DNA of 64,000 nucleotides from an uncultured Collinsella sp. (lineage in GTDB: Bacteria > Actinomycetota > Coriobacteriia > Coriobacteriales > Coriobacteriaceae), in the NCBI GenBank assembly GCA_900768435.1, contig CAAGCW010000003.1, positions 4,599 to 68,598 of the forward strand. Reading direction: 5' to 3'. Under the pieces are notes generated by a model. It ran no database searches, was not told where the DNA came from, and saw only the letters and a list, made by a program, of their open reading frames with translations. Below are positions 20,277 through 29,945 of this stretch, in pieces (the stretch's first letter is position 1; the number at the start of each line of letters is the position of its first letter). The position numbers and the translations under genes are program-made.

Positions 20277-21152
20277 CTAGTCGTGGAGGGCGGTACCGAG
20301 GAAGTCGGCATCGAAGGGCACGGCTTCGGCAAAGGTGTAGTCGCCATCGCTGGCAATGAGCAGGTAGTTTTCCTCGCCGCCGAACTCCGCATCGCCGCAA
20401 GGCACCACCCAAGCGTACTCGAACACCTCAAGCGCCGTGGCAACGCAATCGCGCAGGAACGTCACATCGCTCCCCTCGTTCGCGCTCACGATATTGGCAG
20501 CATAGATACCGCCGGGGTTCAGGCTGCCCCGCACCAAGCGCAGCGCCTCAACCGTTGCCAGCTCGCGCACGGGCTCGGCACCGCCAAAGCAATCGCTCAC
20601 GACCACATCGTAGCGACGATGCCCCACGCTCGTCACACCCAGATACGAGCGCGCCTCAGCGGTAATCACCCGCAAGCGGTCCCCCACCGCGCGCTCCAGC
20701 TCACTCAGGTAGAACCATCGACGTGCCAGACGCGTAATCTCGGCATCGTACTCAACGACGTCCATGTGCAGGCCCTCGTGCGACATCAGCGCGAACTTGG
20801 GATAGGCAAACCCGCCGCCACCCAGCATAAGCATGCGGTCGATGCCGTGGCCATAAGCGCCGCGCATGGCATCCTCGGCCTCAAACACATCGTCAAACGC
20901 ACGATAGTACGCAAAGACCGGCTCCGTCCAACGCTCACCAACGTAGCTCGCGCTTTGATAGACGCCGCCTTGCACCAACACGCGGACTTCGTCGCCGCCC
21001 TCATCGTGCACGCGCTTCACACGCGCTAACCCATTGCGGGTCCTCGCGACCTGCAGACAGGCAGCGCGAACAGCGACGGCGGCCGCACCAAGCGCCGCAG
21101 CGCCCAGGGCAACGCCGGCAACGACGCCAGCAGAAACACTCGGCTTGTTCAT
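20277..21152 (-). CDS. Membrane-anchored spermidine/spermine-synthase-like protein (PABS fold)
   Basis: N-terminal TM helix, then a class I MTase/PABS-like core (VLMLGGGGFAYP; DVVVSD). Its ATG abuts the Elp3 stop. Confidence 0.55.
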   Translation of the reverse strand: MNKPSVSAGVVAGVALGAAALGAAAVAVRAACLQVARTRNGLARVKRVHDEGGDEVRVLVQGGVYQSASYVGERWTEPVFAYYRAFDDVFEAEDAMRGAYGHGIDRMLMLGGGGFAYPKFALMSHEGLHMDVVEYDAEITRLARRWFYLSELERAVGDRLRVITAEARSYLGVTSVGHRRYDVVVSDCFGGAEPVRELATVEALRLVRGSLNPGGIYAANIVSANEGSDVTFLRDCVATALEVFEYAWVVPCGDAEFGGEENYLLIASDGDYTFAEAVPFDADFLGTALHD

Positions 21153-23060
21153 CTAGAGCTCCTTTTGCAGATAGAGTCCGTGGTCGCAAAAACCCAGGTG
21201 GCGATAGTACTCACGCGTGCCGATCGCGCTGATCACGTTGATGCGCGCATAGCCCGCATCCCGGGCAATATCGCACGCGCGCCCCACCAACGACCGTCCC
21301 AGCCCATGGTGCTGCGCCGCCTGACCCTGATCACCCACGCGCGCCGCCATACCATAAACGTGCACCTCGCGAATCATCGCCTCCTCCGGCCCCGTCGGCA
21401 GCTCGTCCGCGTGCGCGGCAACAAACGAACGGTCGGGCAGCGACAGGCGCAAAAAGCCGGCGATCTTGCCTTCGGGCGTCACCCACTGCAAAAAGCGTTC
21501 GCGCGTCACCGGCGTCTCGTACGCCACCTCCTCGTCAAGGATCAGCTCATCCAAGTCGGCGCCCGCCGTGCTGATCTCGCGATAGCGAATCTCACGGACC
21601 TTCGCGCCCGCGCCGCGCGCCGCCAAGCGGTTTTCGACGAGCTGACGCAGGTTGGGCTTCTTGTTGCCCACCATGATGTCGTCTGAGCTAAAGTCGCGAA
21701 TCATACGGCTGATGCGGCAGAACGACGGTGTCACCACGATGTCGTCGGCCAACACGTCGAGTAGCTCTTCCTCGGTATAGGGGCGCCATTCGCCACGCTC
21801 ATAGCAGCCCACCAGGCGCGAGCCCTCGATGAGCGCACACGGGTAGACTTTGACCTCGTCGGGCATAAAGGCCCCCTCGGTCATAAAGCGCTCGTAGTCG
21901 CGCTTGTCCCCCTCGGGTGTGGCGCCCAGCAAGTTGAGCATAAAATGCGCATGGATCTTAAAGCCAAACAGGCGCGCAAGCGAAAACGCCCGCTCAATCT
22001 GCGCCACCGAAATGCGACGCTCGTTGATATCGAGTAGATGCTGGTCAAGGCTTTGGATGCCCATCTGTATCTTGGTGCAGCCCAGGCGGCGGATAAGCGT
22101 AAGCGCCTGCGGCGTTACGGTATCGGGGCGCGTCTCGATAACGAGTCCCACCACGCGATGCTTCGCCGTCTCGTTGATGCGCTGCTGACGCTCGAGCTCC
22201 TCCATCGTTGCCGTCTGCCACTCGGTGACCTCGCCCCACGGCGTACCGGGGCCGTACAGACGACGCACCGCGCGGTTATAGCCGCCCACGGCAGCATCCA
22301 CACGCTCCTGCTCGTCGGCAACGCCGGCAGCGAGCTTGGCCTCGTCTGTCGCAATGCCGGCAGCCCGATAGCACTCGCGGCGCTCTGTTACCACCGGCGG
22401 CAGGGCATCGGCGGGAGCGTCATCGAGCAGGCGCCCCGCCTCGGCACGGCTGATGCCCGGACGCGCCAACATGGGGTTAGCCGCCACACCGGCGACGGCA
22501 TCGTCATTGAGCGCACGGAAAAGCTCCGACATAAACCACGTCTGATACCCTTGCGGATAGTCGCTCCAGGTGCCACCGAGCACGATGAGCTCTATCTTGT
22601 CGGTCGCATGCCCCATCTGCGAAAGCGCGGTCAGACGAGCGCTCACCTGCAAATACGGGTCAAAGCAGTTTTGCTCCGCACGGGCGCATGCCGGCTCGGC
22701 ATGCAGATAGCTTTTGGGCATGCGCAGATCGTTGGGGCAAAACAGGCAATCGCCCGAACAGGGCCACGGCTTGGTGATGACGGTAATGGTCGCCACGCCC
22801 GAAGCCGTGCGGCGCGGCTTCATGCGCAGCACCTGCAGCAGCTGACGCTCCAGCTCGGCATCGACATTCCATCCAGCCCAACGAGCCGGCTTCTCACGTT
22901 TAACCCGCTGGTAGAACGGCAGCAGACGGCGCTTGGCCAGATCTCGTTTGTCGGCACCCTCACGGCGCGCCTCGGCATGTATCAGTTTGACGAGCGCCTT
23001 GTCGTCCACGGTCTCACCGCGACGCAGAGCCTCGAGTATGTTCAAAATAATCTGTTCCAT
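21153..23060 (-). CDS. Elp3-like radical SAM / GNAT acetyltransferase
   Basis: Radical-SAM Cys cluster (CSGDCLFCP) followed by a C-terminal GNAT region (QHHGLGRSLV). Length of about 635 aa is typical of bacterial/archaeal Elp3. Confidence 0.7.
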   Translation of the reverse strand: MEQIILNILEALRRGETVDDKALVKLIHAEARREGADKRDLAKRRLLPFYQRVKREKPARWAGWNVDAELERQLLQVLRMKPRRTASGVATITVITKPWPCSGDCLFCPNDLRMPKSYLHAEPACARAEQNCFDPYLQVSARLTALSQMGHATDKIELIVLGGTWSDYPQGYQTWFMSELFRALNDDAVAGVAANPMLARPGISRAEAGRLLDDAPADALPPVVTERRECYRAAGIATDEAKLAAGVADEQERVDAAVGGYNRAVRRLYGPGTPWGEVTEWQTATMEELERQQRINETAKHRVVGLVIETRPDTVTPQALTLIRRLGCTKIQMGIQSLDQHLLDINERRISVAQIERAFSLARLFGFKIHAHFMLNLLGATPEGDKRDYERFMTEGAFMPDEVKVYPCALIEGSRLVGCYERGEWRPYTEEELLDVLADDIVVTPSFCRISRMIRDFSSDDIMVGNKKPNLRQLVENRLAARGAGAKVREIRYREISTAGADLDELILDEEVAYETPVTRERFLQWVTPEGKIAGFLRLSLPDRSFVAAHADELPTGPEEAMIREVHVYGMAARVGDQGQAAQHHGLGRSLVGRACDIARDAGYARINVISAIGTREYYRHLGFCDHGLYLQKEL

Positions 23061-23078
23061 GCCCCCATTGTAAAGGCA

Positions 23079-23112
23079 AAGGCGCCGGAGCCGATCTCGG
23101 CTTCGGCGCCTT
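23079..23112 (-). terminator. Hairpin downstream of the XRE-DUF4097 operon
   Basis: aaggcgccggagccga / tcggcttcggcgcctt: 16 bp stem with one mismatch. Confidence 0.4.
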
Positions 23113-23159
23113 CATCAAACAGCGCGTCTATATCTTCGCCCAGGCTTTCGTCTGCCTCA

Positions 23160-24062
23160 CTACTCCGAATCAAACGACATGTCGCCCGAATCGACCTCAA
23201 AACGATACGTGGCAGACTTGTCACCGTTATCGAATTCAAGATTCAAAATGGTCTCGCCGTCGTAGCCAAGCGGAAGGAAATCGCTCTCGAAGTCGCCGCT
23301 GCCCAAGGTGAGGCTCGCCTTAAAGCCCGTCGAGTTCGGAACCGTCATCTCCACATCGCCCGAGCCCACACTCACGTCCATCGACTTCGTGGGGGCCTGG
23401 TAAAGCTCGAACGTCACATCGCCCGAACCGACCTCAGCGCTGAGCGCATCAGTCACGCTGCCCGTAAACTCTACATCTCCCGCACCCAGGAAAAGATCGA
23501 AACCATCACAGATGACACCGGCAATCTGCAGATCACCCGAGCCCACGTGCGCGTTGACTCCCTTCAGATGTTCGGCAACACGGCGCGGCAGCTCAACCGT
23601 AACCGAGCGGTCAATTGCCTTACCGTCATCACTTCCAAACTGGGAAACCTTGAGCGTCGAGTCCTCGACGGATGCGATGTTCTGCGTCGCGGCCTTGGAG
23701 GCATCCATACCATTGGCAACGCGTCCCCGCTCGATAACGCGAGCCTTGTTGCCATCAACAACCTTGACGTCCACCGTAGCCGCATTGATATCGAAATCGA
23801 GGTAGCGAAACTCATCGGCATCAAAGGTCGTACACGAAAGCTGCTGAGGCCGAGCGGAATAGTTACCGCCATCGTTCATAAAATCGTCGTCGTCAACCAC
23901 ATCGTCAAAATCAGACAAATGGCCAGATAGAATACCGGTCGTACGCACCATATCAGAATGAGCCAATAGCCGCGAAGTGCCAAAGACAAGCCCGATGATG
24001 AGCACAAACGCTCCGATGCCAACGCCCAAGCGTACCTTGGATTCATGCGAAAGCTTCATCAT
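23160..24062 (-). CDS. DUF4097-family putative adhesin / beta-repeat protein with N-terminal TM
   Basis: Repeated GSGD[VL] beta-strand repeats in the C-terminal half. Start overlaps the XRE stop (ATGATGAAG). Confidence 0.55.
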   Translation of the reverse strand: MMKLSHESKVRLGVGIGAFVLIIGLVFGTSRLLAHSDMVRTTGILSGHLSDFDDVVDDDDFMNDGGNYSARPQQLSCTTFDADEFRYLDFDINAATVDVKVVDGNKARVIERGRVANGMDASKAATQNIASVEDSTLKVSQFGSDDGKAIDRSVTVELPRRVAEHLKGVNAHVGSGDLQIAGVICDGFDLFLGAGDVEFTGSVTDALSAEVGSGDVTFELYQAPTKSMDVSVGSGDVEMTVPNSTGFKASLTLGSGDFESDFLPLGYDGETILNLEFDNGDKSATYRFEVDSGDMSFDSE

Positions 24063-24775
24063 TCATCACCCTCTTTGGCAATCGGCTCAGCGGTAGTCGC
24101 GGTAGCCACGTCAGTATCAACCGCAGCGGAAGCATTCCGAACCCTAGCCACCACCGACGCCGAACCAACCTGAATATCCCCGCGCGCCCAATCGCCATCG
24201 AGCGCACGTGCCACCCAGTGATAGATGGGGATTGTAAAGAAGATCAGTGCGGGAAAGGGGCTGACACCAACCAGGAACATCAGTAAAAAGAACAGCAGCC
24301 AGCACACGGCCCAATACGGGAACGACTGGAACGGACCCTTCACCGGAGTCGGAGCGGCCGCGCCGCCGCCCGTCACCTGCGCCGTCGCCGCATTGGCGGC
24401 CTGCGCACTCCAGCTTGCCGCCTGCGCCGCCTTGGCTGCCGCGTCACTTGCCTGCGTTGCCGCCTCAGTCGCACGCGCCGCTGCCTCATGGGTGCGGGCG
24501 CGCTCTGCCGCCTCGGCCTCGCGCTGGCGGGCGCGGTCCTCGTTCTCAAACTCGATATCATCCTCGATCTCGTCGCTCGGATTAAGCAACTCGTCCAGAC
24601 TCACGTCATAGAGCTTGGCGAGCGAGATCAAATTCTCGGTATCGGGCGAGCTCTCCGCGCGCTCCCATTTACTGACCGCCTGGCGCGACAGGCCCAGCTT
24701 TCGCGCCAACCCCTCTTGGCTAAAACCCTTGCTGCGGCGAAGGTCGGCGAGCCGCTGCGCAGTTTCTACATTCAT
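24059..24775 (-). CDS. XRE-family HTH regulator with C-terminal TM segments
   Basis: HTH LADLRRSKGFSQEGLARKLGLSRQAVSKWE, an Ala-rich linker, then two TM helices. RBS aggagg. Confidence 0.7.
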   Translation of the reverse strand: MNVETAQRLADLRRSKGFSQEGLARKLGLSRQAVSKWERAESSPDTENLISLAKLYDVSLDELLNPSDEIEDDIEFENEDRARQREAEAAERARTHEAAARATEAATQASDAAAKAAQAASWSAQAANAATAQVTGGGAAAPTPVKGPFQSFPYWAVCWLLFFLLMFLVGVSPFPALIFFTIPIYHWVARALDGDWARGDIQVGSASVVARVRNASAAVDTDVATATTAEPIAKEGDE

Positions 24776-25042
24776 GGTTCCTCCTATGCTTTTGCCAGCC
24801 GTGCCGCCGGACCGTTTTTGTTCTTAAGGCGCCTTGCACAGTTAAAATCTATCCGCCACCGCCAAAATCATGCCACCTATTCTAGTGGGATTTTTGACAA
24901 CCAGCGGTTGCGGGCACATATGAGCTGCGGAAATGTGTCCAAACAAAGCATTGATCCGCAGCTCGGTTGTCCCCGTTGCAGCGTTAACGGTAGTATGGAC
25001 GTATTGTTTATTCCGCACCGCCAACGGAGGGAGTTCCGCGCC

Positions 25043-25915
25043 GTGAACCGCGATTTCGCCTCATCGCTCATCCAGCTCAACAATACGTTTTATCGCGAGC
25101 ACTCCGCCTCCTTTTCCGATACGCGCCAGGCCCCGTGGCCCGGCTGGGTGCGCACCATGGATATCGCGCTCGAGCAGCTCGACGTCGCCACCATCGAGCA
25201 TCCCGTCCGCGTCTTCGATCTCGCCTGCGGCAACATGCGATTCGAGAACTTTGCCGCCGGCGGCGCACTTGCCGCCAAGGGCGTCGACGGCGCAAACCCC
25301 TCGGCAGATGCCAGCTGCCCCTTCGAGTTCTATGGCGTCGACTCGTGCCAAGACCTGGCCATCGATGCACATGGCCACGCCCTGCGCATTCCCAACCTGC
25401 ACTTCCAGGAACTCGACGTACTCGATGCCCTCATGAAGCTCAACCCCGCCGAGACACCCGACGTGCTTTTCGACGCCCCGCTCGCCGACATCTCGGTCTG
25501 CTTTGGCTTTATGCACCACGTGCCGTCATGCGAGTACCGCGTACGCGTGCTCGACGCCCTGGTGCGCCAGACGCGCCCAGGCGGCATCATCGCCATCAGC
25601 TTTTGGGAGTTTATGAACGACGAGCGCATGGCGCGCAAGGCCGTTCGCGCCGAAGCCCGCGCCGAGCTCACCCCACCGTTTGAGGGTTACGATTCCGCGC
25701 AGTTTGAAGCCGGCGACCACCTCATTGGCTGGCAAAACGACCGCCACGCCTACCGCTATTGCCATCACTTTGACGATCAGCAGATCACCGACCTGGTGCG
25801 CGGCGTCCGAACGTTCTACAAGAGCGGCGAGGTCCCCGTGCGCGAGCTTGAGCGCTTCCATGCCGACGGTCGCAGCGGCGAGCTCAACCGCTATGTGATC
25901 CTCAAGCGCCTGTAG
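25043..25915 (+). CDS. Class I SAM-dependent methyltransferase
   Basis: Motif I VFDLACGNMRF. GTG start with RBS ggaggg. The N-terminal extension of the 24488 ORF would overlap the XRE gene and is rejected. Confidence 0.55.
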   Translation: MNRDFASSLIQLNNTFYREHSASFSDTRQAPWPGWVRTMDIALEQLDVATIEHPVRVFDLACGNMRFENFAAGGALAAKGVDGANPSADASCPFEFYGVDSCQDLAIDAHGHALRIPNLHFQELDVLDALMKLNPAETPDVLFDAPLADISVCFGFMHHVPSCEYRVRVLDALVRQTRPGGIIAISFWEFMNDERMARKAVRAEARAELTPPFEGYDSAQFEAGDHLIGWQNDRHAYRYCHHFDDQQITDLVRGVRTFYKSGEVPVRELERFHADGRSGELNRYVILKRL

Positions 25916-26034
25916 GCATCGACGACTCGCCGCCGAGCCGCGCCGCATCTTTTGGGTAAGCTATGCCCATCCGTTTTCCAACCCACCGACGGAACGCGCA
26001 GCCACGCGTTCCATACGTATGACCAAGGAGCCTC

Positions 26035-26874
26035 ATGGGAGCCGTCCACGTTCGCACGCCTAAGAACTTTGTGCTCGAAGAGCGCCTGGAGCGCTACGCC
26101 GATGCGATTGAGACGAACCCCGAGGCCTATGCCGGAGATTGGCGCGAGGCTTGCGCGCCAGTTGGCAGCAAGCCCTTCGAACACCTTCACCTGGATCTTG
26201 GCTGTGGCAAGGGAACGTACCTTGTAGAGCGCGCGGCCCGCGAGCCAAACACCCTCTTTATCGGTATGGACCAGGAGCCCATCTGCATCGCCTACGCCGC
26301 ACAGAAAATCTGCGAGCAGGAGCTGTCCAACGCACTCGTCCTGCCCCGAGGCGCCGCATCGCTGCCGCAGCTGTTTGCCGCAGGCGAGCTCGACGCCATA
26401 ACCATCAACTTTCCCACGCCGCAGCCCAAGGCCAAGTACGCCAAAAAACGACTCGTCCATGTCGACCATCTGATGCTCTACCGCCCGCTCTTTTCAGCCG
26501 GCGCCACCGTCACACTGCGAACCGACAGTAAGCCATTGCGCGACTACGCCCTGGGGCAGTTTGCCGCGGCCGGCTACGGCACGCTTTGGGTAAGCGACGA
26601 CGTCCGCCGCGACCATCCCGAGCATCCCGAGACCGAATACGAATGCCGCACGCGCGAGATGGGTGCCGTCGTCTATGGCATTTGCGCCACACCCGGCGCG
26701 CAGCCCAGCAATGAACAGCTCGCGGCGGGCCGCGCGCAGGAGCAAAGCCTTGCCTGCTACCTGCCCGAAAACCTCGATGAGCTCACCTATGTACCTCTGG
26801 GCATGGAAGAGGCCGTCGAGAACTTTAGAAACCGCGCCCGCAAGGGCAAGAAGCGCCTTCCGCAGGAATCCTAG
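26035..26874 (+). CDS. trmB: tRNA (guanine46-N7)-methyltransferase TrmB
   Basis: LDLGCGKGTYLVERA motif and the conserved TrmB C-terminal region. RBS aaggag. Confidence 0.75.
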   Translation: MGAVHVRTPKNFVLEERLERYADAIETNPEAYAGDWREACAPVGSKPFEHLHLDLGCGKGTYLVERAAREPNTLFIGMDQEPICIAYAAQKICEQELSNALVLPRGAASLPQLFAAGELDAITINFPTPQPKAKYAKKRLVHVDHLMLYRPLFSAGATVTLRTDSKPLRDYALGQFAAAGYGTLWVSDDVRRDHPEHPETEYECRTREMGAVVYGICATPGAQPSNEQLAAGRAQEQSLACYLPENLDELTYVPLGMEEAVENFRNRARKGKKRLPQES

Positions 26875-26939
26875 GGGCTTTTGGCGGTCGCGGCATCAAC
26901 AACCAGGCACAAATAGGCGCCGACAAACGACCCCCAAAT

Positions 26940-27062
26940 CTAAGTGAGTAGGCTTTTTGGCAATAGCCAAGCACAACCCGTAGGGCGAAAACTAAAACCG
27001 CAGGTAGAGCCCTTGCACAAAAACCGTGTGCTCGCAATATCGGAGAAAGACTACTCACTTAG
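26940..27062. repeat. 123-bp element bounded by a 13-bp terminal inverted repeat (copy 1)
   Basis: Ends ctaagtgagtagg ... ctactcacttag. Shares an internal aaaaccgcaggtaga block with copies 2 and 3. Confidence 0.7.
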
Positions 27063-27184
27063 TTCGCAACAGCACAAAACGGGTAGGCAGAACGCCCATT
27101 TCCTGCATTTTCTCGCGCGCAGGCACCCCGCGCCGCCGCTACGCCATAATGGATGGCGGACAAACGCGAGAGAAAGTTAACCGC

Positions 27185-29866
27185 ATGACGCAAAGCACGA
27201 CAGATATCGCCGCCAGCACCGTCTCCGGCGCCGGCGCCGCCAGCTCATTCTCGGGCGGCACGGGAACCGAGGCCGAGTTCGGCTCGCTCGGCGCGCTCTC
27301 CCCCACCTGGTGGGAGCCCGAGGACGGCAGCGAGCCCGAACCGTGGCTCACGCCCGACCAGGCCTTCGAACGCTTCTTTGAATGGACGAGCGACCGCGGC
27401 ATTGAGCTGTGGGACCACCAGGAAGAGGCCCTCATGGACCTGGCCGCCGGCGATCACGTCATCCTGGGCACACCGACCGGATCGGGCAAATCGCTCGTCG
27501 CGCTGGGCATGCTCTTTATGGGCATGGCGCAGGGCAAGCGCTGCTATTACACGGCCCCCATCAAGGCCCTGGTCAGCGAAAAGTTCTTCGACCTGGTGCA
27601 GGTGCTCGGCCGCGATAACGTCGGCATGATCACCGGCGACACACACATCAATACCAAGGCGCCCGTCATCTGCTGCACGGCCGAAATCCTTGCCAACGAT
27701 GCACTGCGCGAGGGTGAGGATGCCGACGTGGGCTGCGTGGCCATGGACGAGTTCCACTACTTCGCCGACCCCGACCGCGGTTGGGCCTGGCAGGTGCCGC
27801 TGCTTACCCTTCCCCACACGCAATTTATGCTCATGAGTGCCACGCTCGGCGATGTCACCGCCATCGCCGCCTCACTCGAAGAGCACACCGGCGCCACATG
27901 CGACCTGGTCGTCGATGCCCCGCGTCCTGTTCCGCTGAGCTACGACTATGTGACGACCTCCCTCGAAGGCACGGTCGAGCTCGCCATGCGCCGCGGCGAG
28001 GCCCCGCTCTACATCGTGCACTTTAGTCAGGACGCCGCACTTGCGACGGCGCAGTCGCTCGCCAACTTCGGCATCGCCAGCAAGGAGCAGCGCGAGGCCA
28101 TTAAGGAAGCCGCCAAAGGCACGAGCTTCTCCACGGCCTTTGGCAAGATTCTCAAGCGCCTGCTCGGATGCGGCGTCGGCGTGCACCATGCTGGCATGTT
28201 GCCGCGCTACCGCCTGCTGGTCGAGCGCTTGGCGCAGCAGGGCCTGCTACCCGTCATCTGCGGCACCGATACGCTCGGCGTCGGTATCAACGTGCCCATC
28301 CACACCGTTGTGCTCACCGCGCTCACCAAGTTCGATGGCTACAAGATGCGTCGTCTGCGCGCCCGCGAGTTCCATCAGATTGCCGGTCGTGCCGGCCGCT
28401 CGGGCTTCGATACCGAGGGCATGGTCATCGCCGAGGCACCCGAGCACGAGATCGAGAATGCCAAGCTTATGGCCAAGGCGGGCGACGACCCCAAAAAGCT
28501 CCGCAAGATTAAAAAGAAGAAGGCCCCCGAGGGCTTTGTCACCTGGAACAAGCAGACGTTCGAGCGCCTGATCGAGACGCAGCCCGAGACACTCAAGCCG
28601 CGCCTGCGCATCACGCACTCCATGGTGATTAGCGTGGTCGAGCAGGGTGGCGATGCCCGAGCCCGCGTACACGACCTCATCGAGACGAGCCTGCAGACCC
28701 CCGAGGAAAAGGCTAAGCTCGAGGTTCGTGCCGACGAGATCTTCGCCACGCTCATCGATTCCGGCGTCGTCGTGCGCACCGAGGTGCCGCCCGCACCCGA
28801 CGCTCCGGCTGACGCCGCGCCGGACATCGACTACGCACTGACGGTCGATCTGCCCGAGGACTTCGCGCTCGATCAGCCGCTCTCGCCGTTCTTACTTGCC
28901 GCATTGGAGCTGCTCGATCCCGAGAGCGAGACCTATACCATGGATCTGATCTCAATGGTCGAGGCAACGCTCGAGGATCCCAAGCAGGTGCTGCGCGCAC
29001 AGGAGCGCGCAGCACGCGATCGCGCTATGGCCGAGATGAAAGCCGACGGCATTGAATATGAGGAGCGTCTGGAGCGCATTCAAGACGTCACGTATGAAAA
29101 GCCGCTCGAGGATTTGCTCGACGCCGCCTTTGACAAGTACTGCCAGGAAGTGCCCTGGGCCAACGACTATCAGCTCTCTCCCAAGAGCGTTCTGCGCGAT
29201 ATGCTCGAAAGCGCGAGCGATTTTAAGGGTTACATTCAAAAGCTCGGCATCGCCCGCTCCGAGGGCATTTTGCTGCGCTACCTGGCAGAGGCCTATCGTT
29301 CGCTCGACCGCACCGTGCCCATCGAGAAGCGCGACGAACGCCTGCGCGACATTATCTCGTGGCTGGGCTTTGTGGTGCGCTCGGTGGACTCGAGCCTGGT
29401 GGACGAGTGGGAGAACGCCGGCAACCCCGCTGCACTCGACGCCGCACCGCCGCAGGGCATCGATGAAGTCGTGGCAGACCGCCGTGGCTGCACCCTGCTG
29501 GTGCGCAACGCACTCTTCCGCCGCGTGACCCTTGCCGCCCGCGAGCACATTCGCGACCTGGGCGAACTCGACGACGACTGGGGCATGAGCGAGATCCGCT
29601 GGCAAAAGGCCCTCGATGCCTACCATGAGCAGCATGAGGAAATTCTCACCGACGGAGACGCCCGCAGTGCCGCAATGTTTTCCATCGATGAGTCCGACGA
29701 GAAGACCGCGCACGTATGGCACGTGCACCAGATCTTTGCCGACGAGGATGGCGACCACGATTTTGGCATCATGGGCGATGTCGATCTGGACGCCACGCAA
29801 GACGGCGGCGAGGTAATCTTCAAAAACTACCGCGTCGGCTTTATCGAGGACCTGCTCGAGAACTAG
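27185..29866 (+). CDS. Ski2/DEAD-DEAH-like helicase with C-terminal DUF3516-like region
   Basis: Motif I GTPTGSGKS, DEFH box, SAT, HELICc (QIAGRAGRSG), then a C-terminal extension of about 450 aa. Confidence 0.7.
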   Translation: MTQSTTDIAASTVSGAGAASSFSGGTGTEAEFGSLGALSPTWWEPEDGSEPEPWLTPDQAFERFFEWTSDRGIELWDHQEEALMDLAAGDHVILGTPTGSGKSLVALGMLFMGMAQGKRCYYTAPIKALVSEKFFDLVQVLGRDNVGMITGDTHINTKAPVICCTAEILANDALREGEDADVGCVAMDEFHYFADPDRGWAWQVPLLTLPHTQFMLMSATLGDVTAIAASLEEHTGATCDLVVDAPRPVPLSYDYVTTSLEGTVELAMRRGEAPLYIVHFSQDAALATAQSLANFGIASKEQREAIKEAAKGTSFSTAFGKILKRLLGCGVGVHHAGMLPRYRLLVERLAQQGLLPVICGTDTLGVGINVPIHTVVLTALTKFDGYKMRRLRAREFHQIAGRAGRSGFDTEGMVIAEAPEHEIENAKLMAKAGDDPKKLRKIKKKKAPEGFVTWNKQTFERLIETQPETLKPRLRITHSMVISVVEQGGDARARVHDLIETSLQTPEEKAKLEVRADEIFATLIDSGVVVRTEVPPAPDAPADAAPDIDYALTVDLPEDFALDQPLSPFLLAALELLDPESETYTMDLISMVEATLEDPKQVLRAQERAARDRAMAEMKADGIEYEERLERIQDVTYEKPLEDLLDAAFDKYCQEVPWANDYQLSPKSVLRDMLESASDFKGYIQKLGIARSEGILLRYLAEAYRSLDRTVPIEKRDERLRDIISWLGFVVRSVDSSLVDEWENAGNPAALDAAPPQGIDEVVADRRGCTLLVRNALFRRVTLAAREHIRDLGELDDDWGMSEIRWQKALDAYHEQHEEILTDGDARSAAMFSIDESDEKTAHVWHVHQIFADEDGDHDFGIMGDVDLDATQDGGEVIFKNYRVGFIEDLLEN

Positions 29867-29887
29867 CCAAACATACTGGAACGGAAT

Positions 29888-29929
29888 AAAACGAGGCCGT
29901 TGGCACTATCGCCAGCGGCCCCGTTTTTG
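29888..29929. terminator. Bidirectional terminator between the convergent helicase and DUF2130 genes
   Basis: ggccgttggc / gccagcggcc stem flanked by an A-run and a T5 run. Confidence 0.5.
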
Positions 29930-29945
29930 CACTATCCGCTATGCC

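Noticed and set aside
22038-23930. 630-aa plus-strand ORF overlapping the Elp3 and DUF4097 genes
   Set aside because: Antisense to two well-supported genes, spans an intergenic terminator, and has no motifs or RBS.
24488-25042. N-terminal extension of the methyltransferase ORF, and the longer upstream starts of the MFS (48074), BSH (61808), amidohydrolase (54569) and PTS (51102, 34154) ORFs
   Set aside because: The extensions overlap neighbouring genes or lack RBSs. Internal starts with good Shine-Dalgarno sequences and family-typical N-termini were chosen instead.
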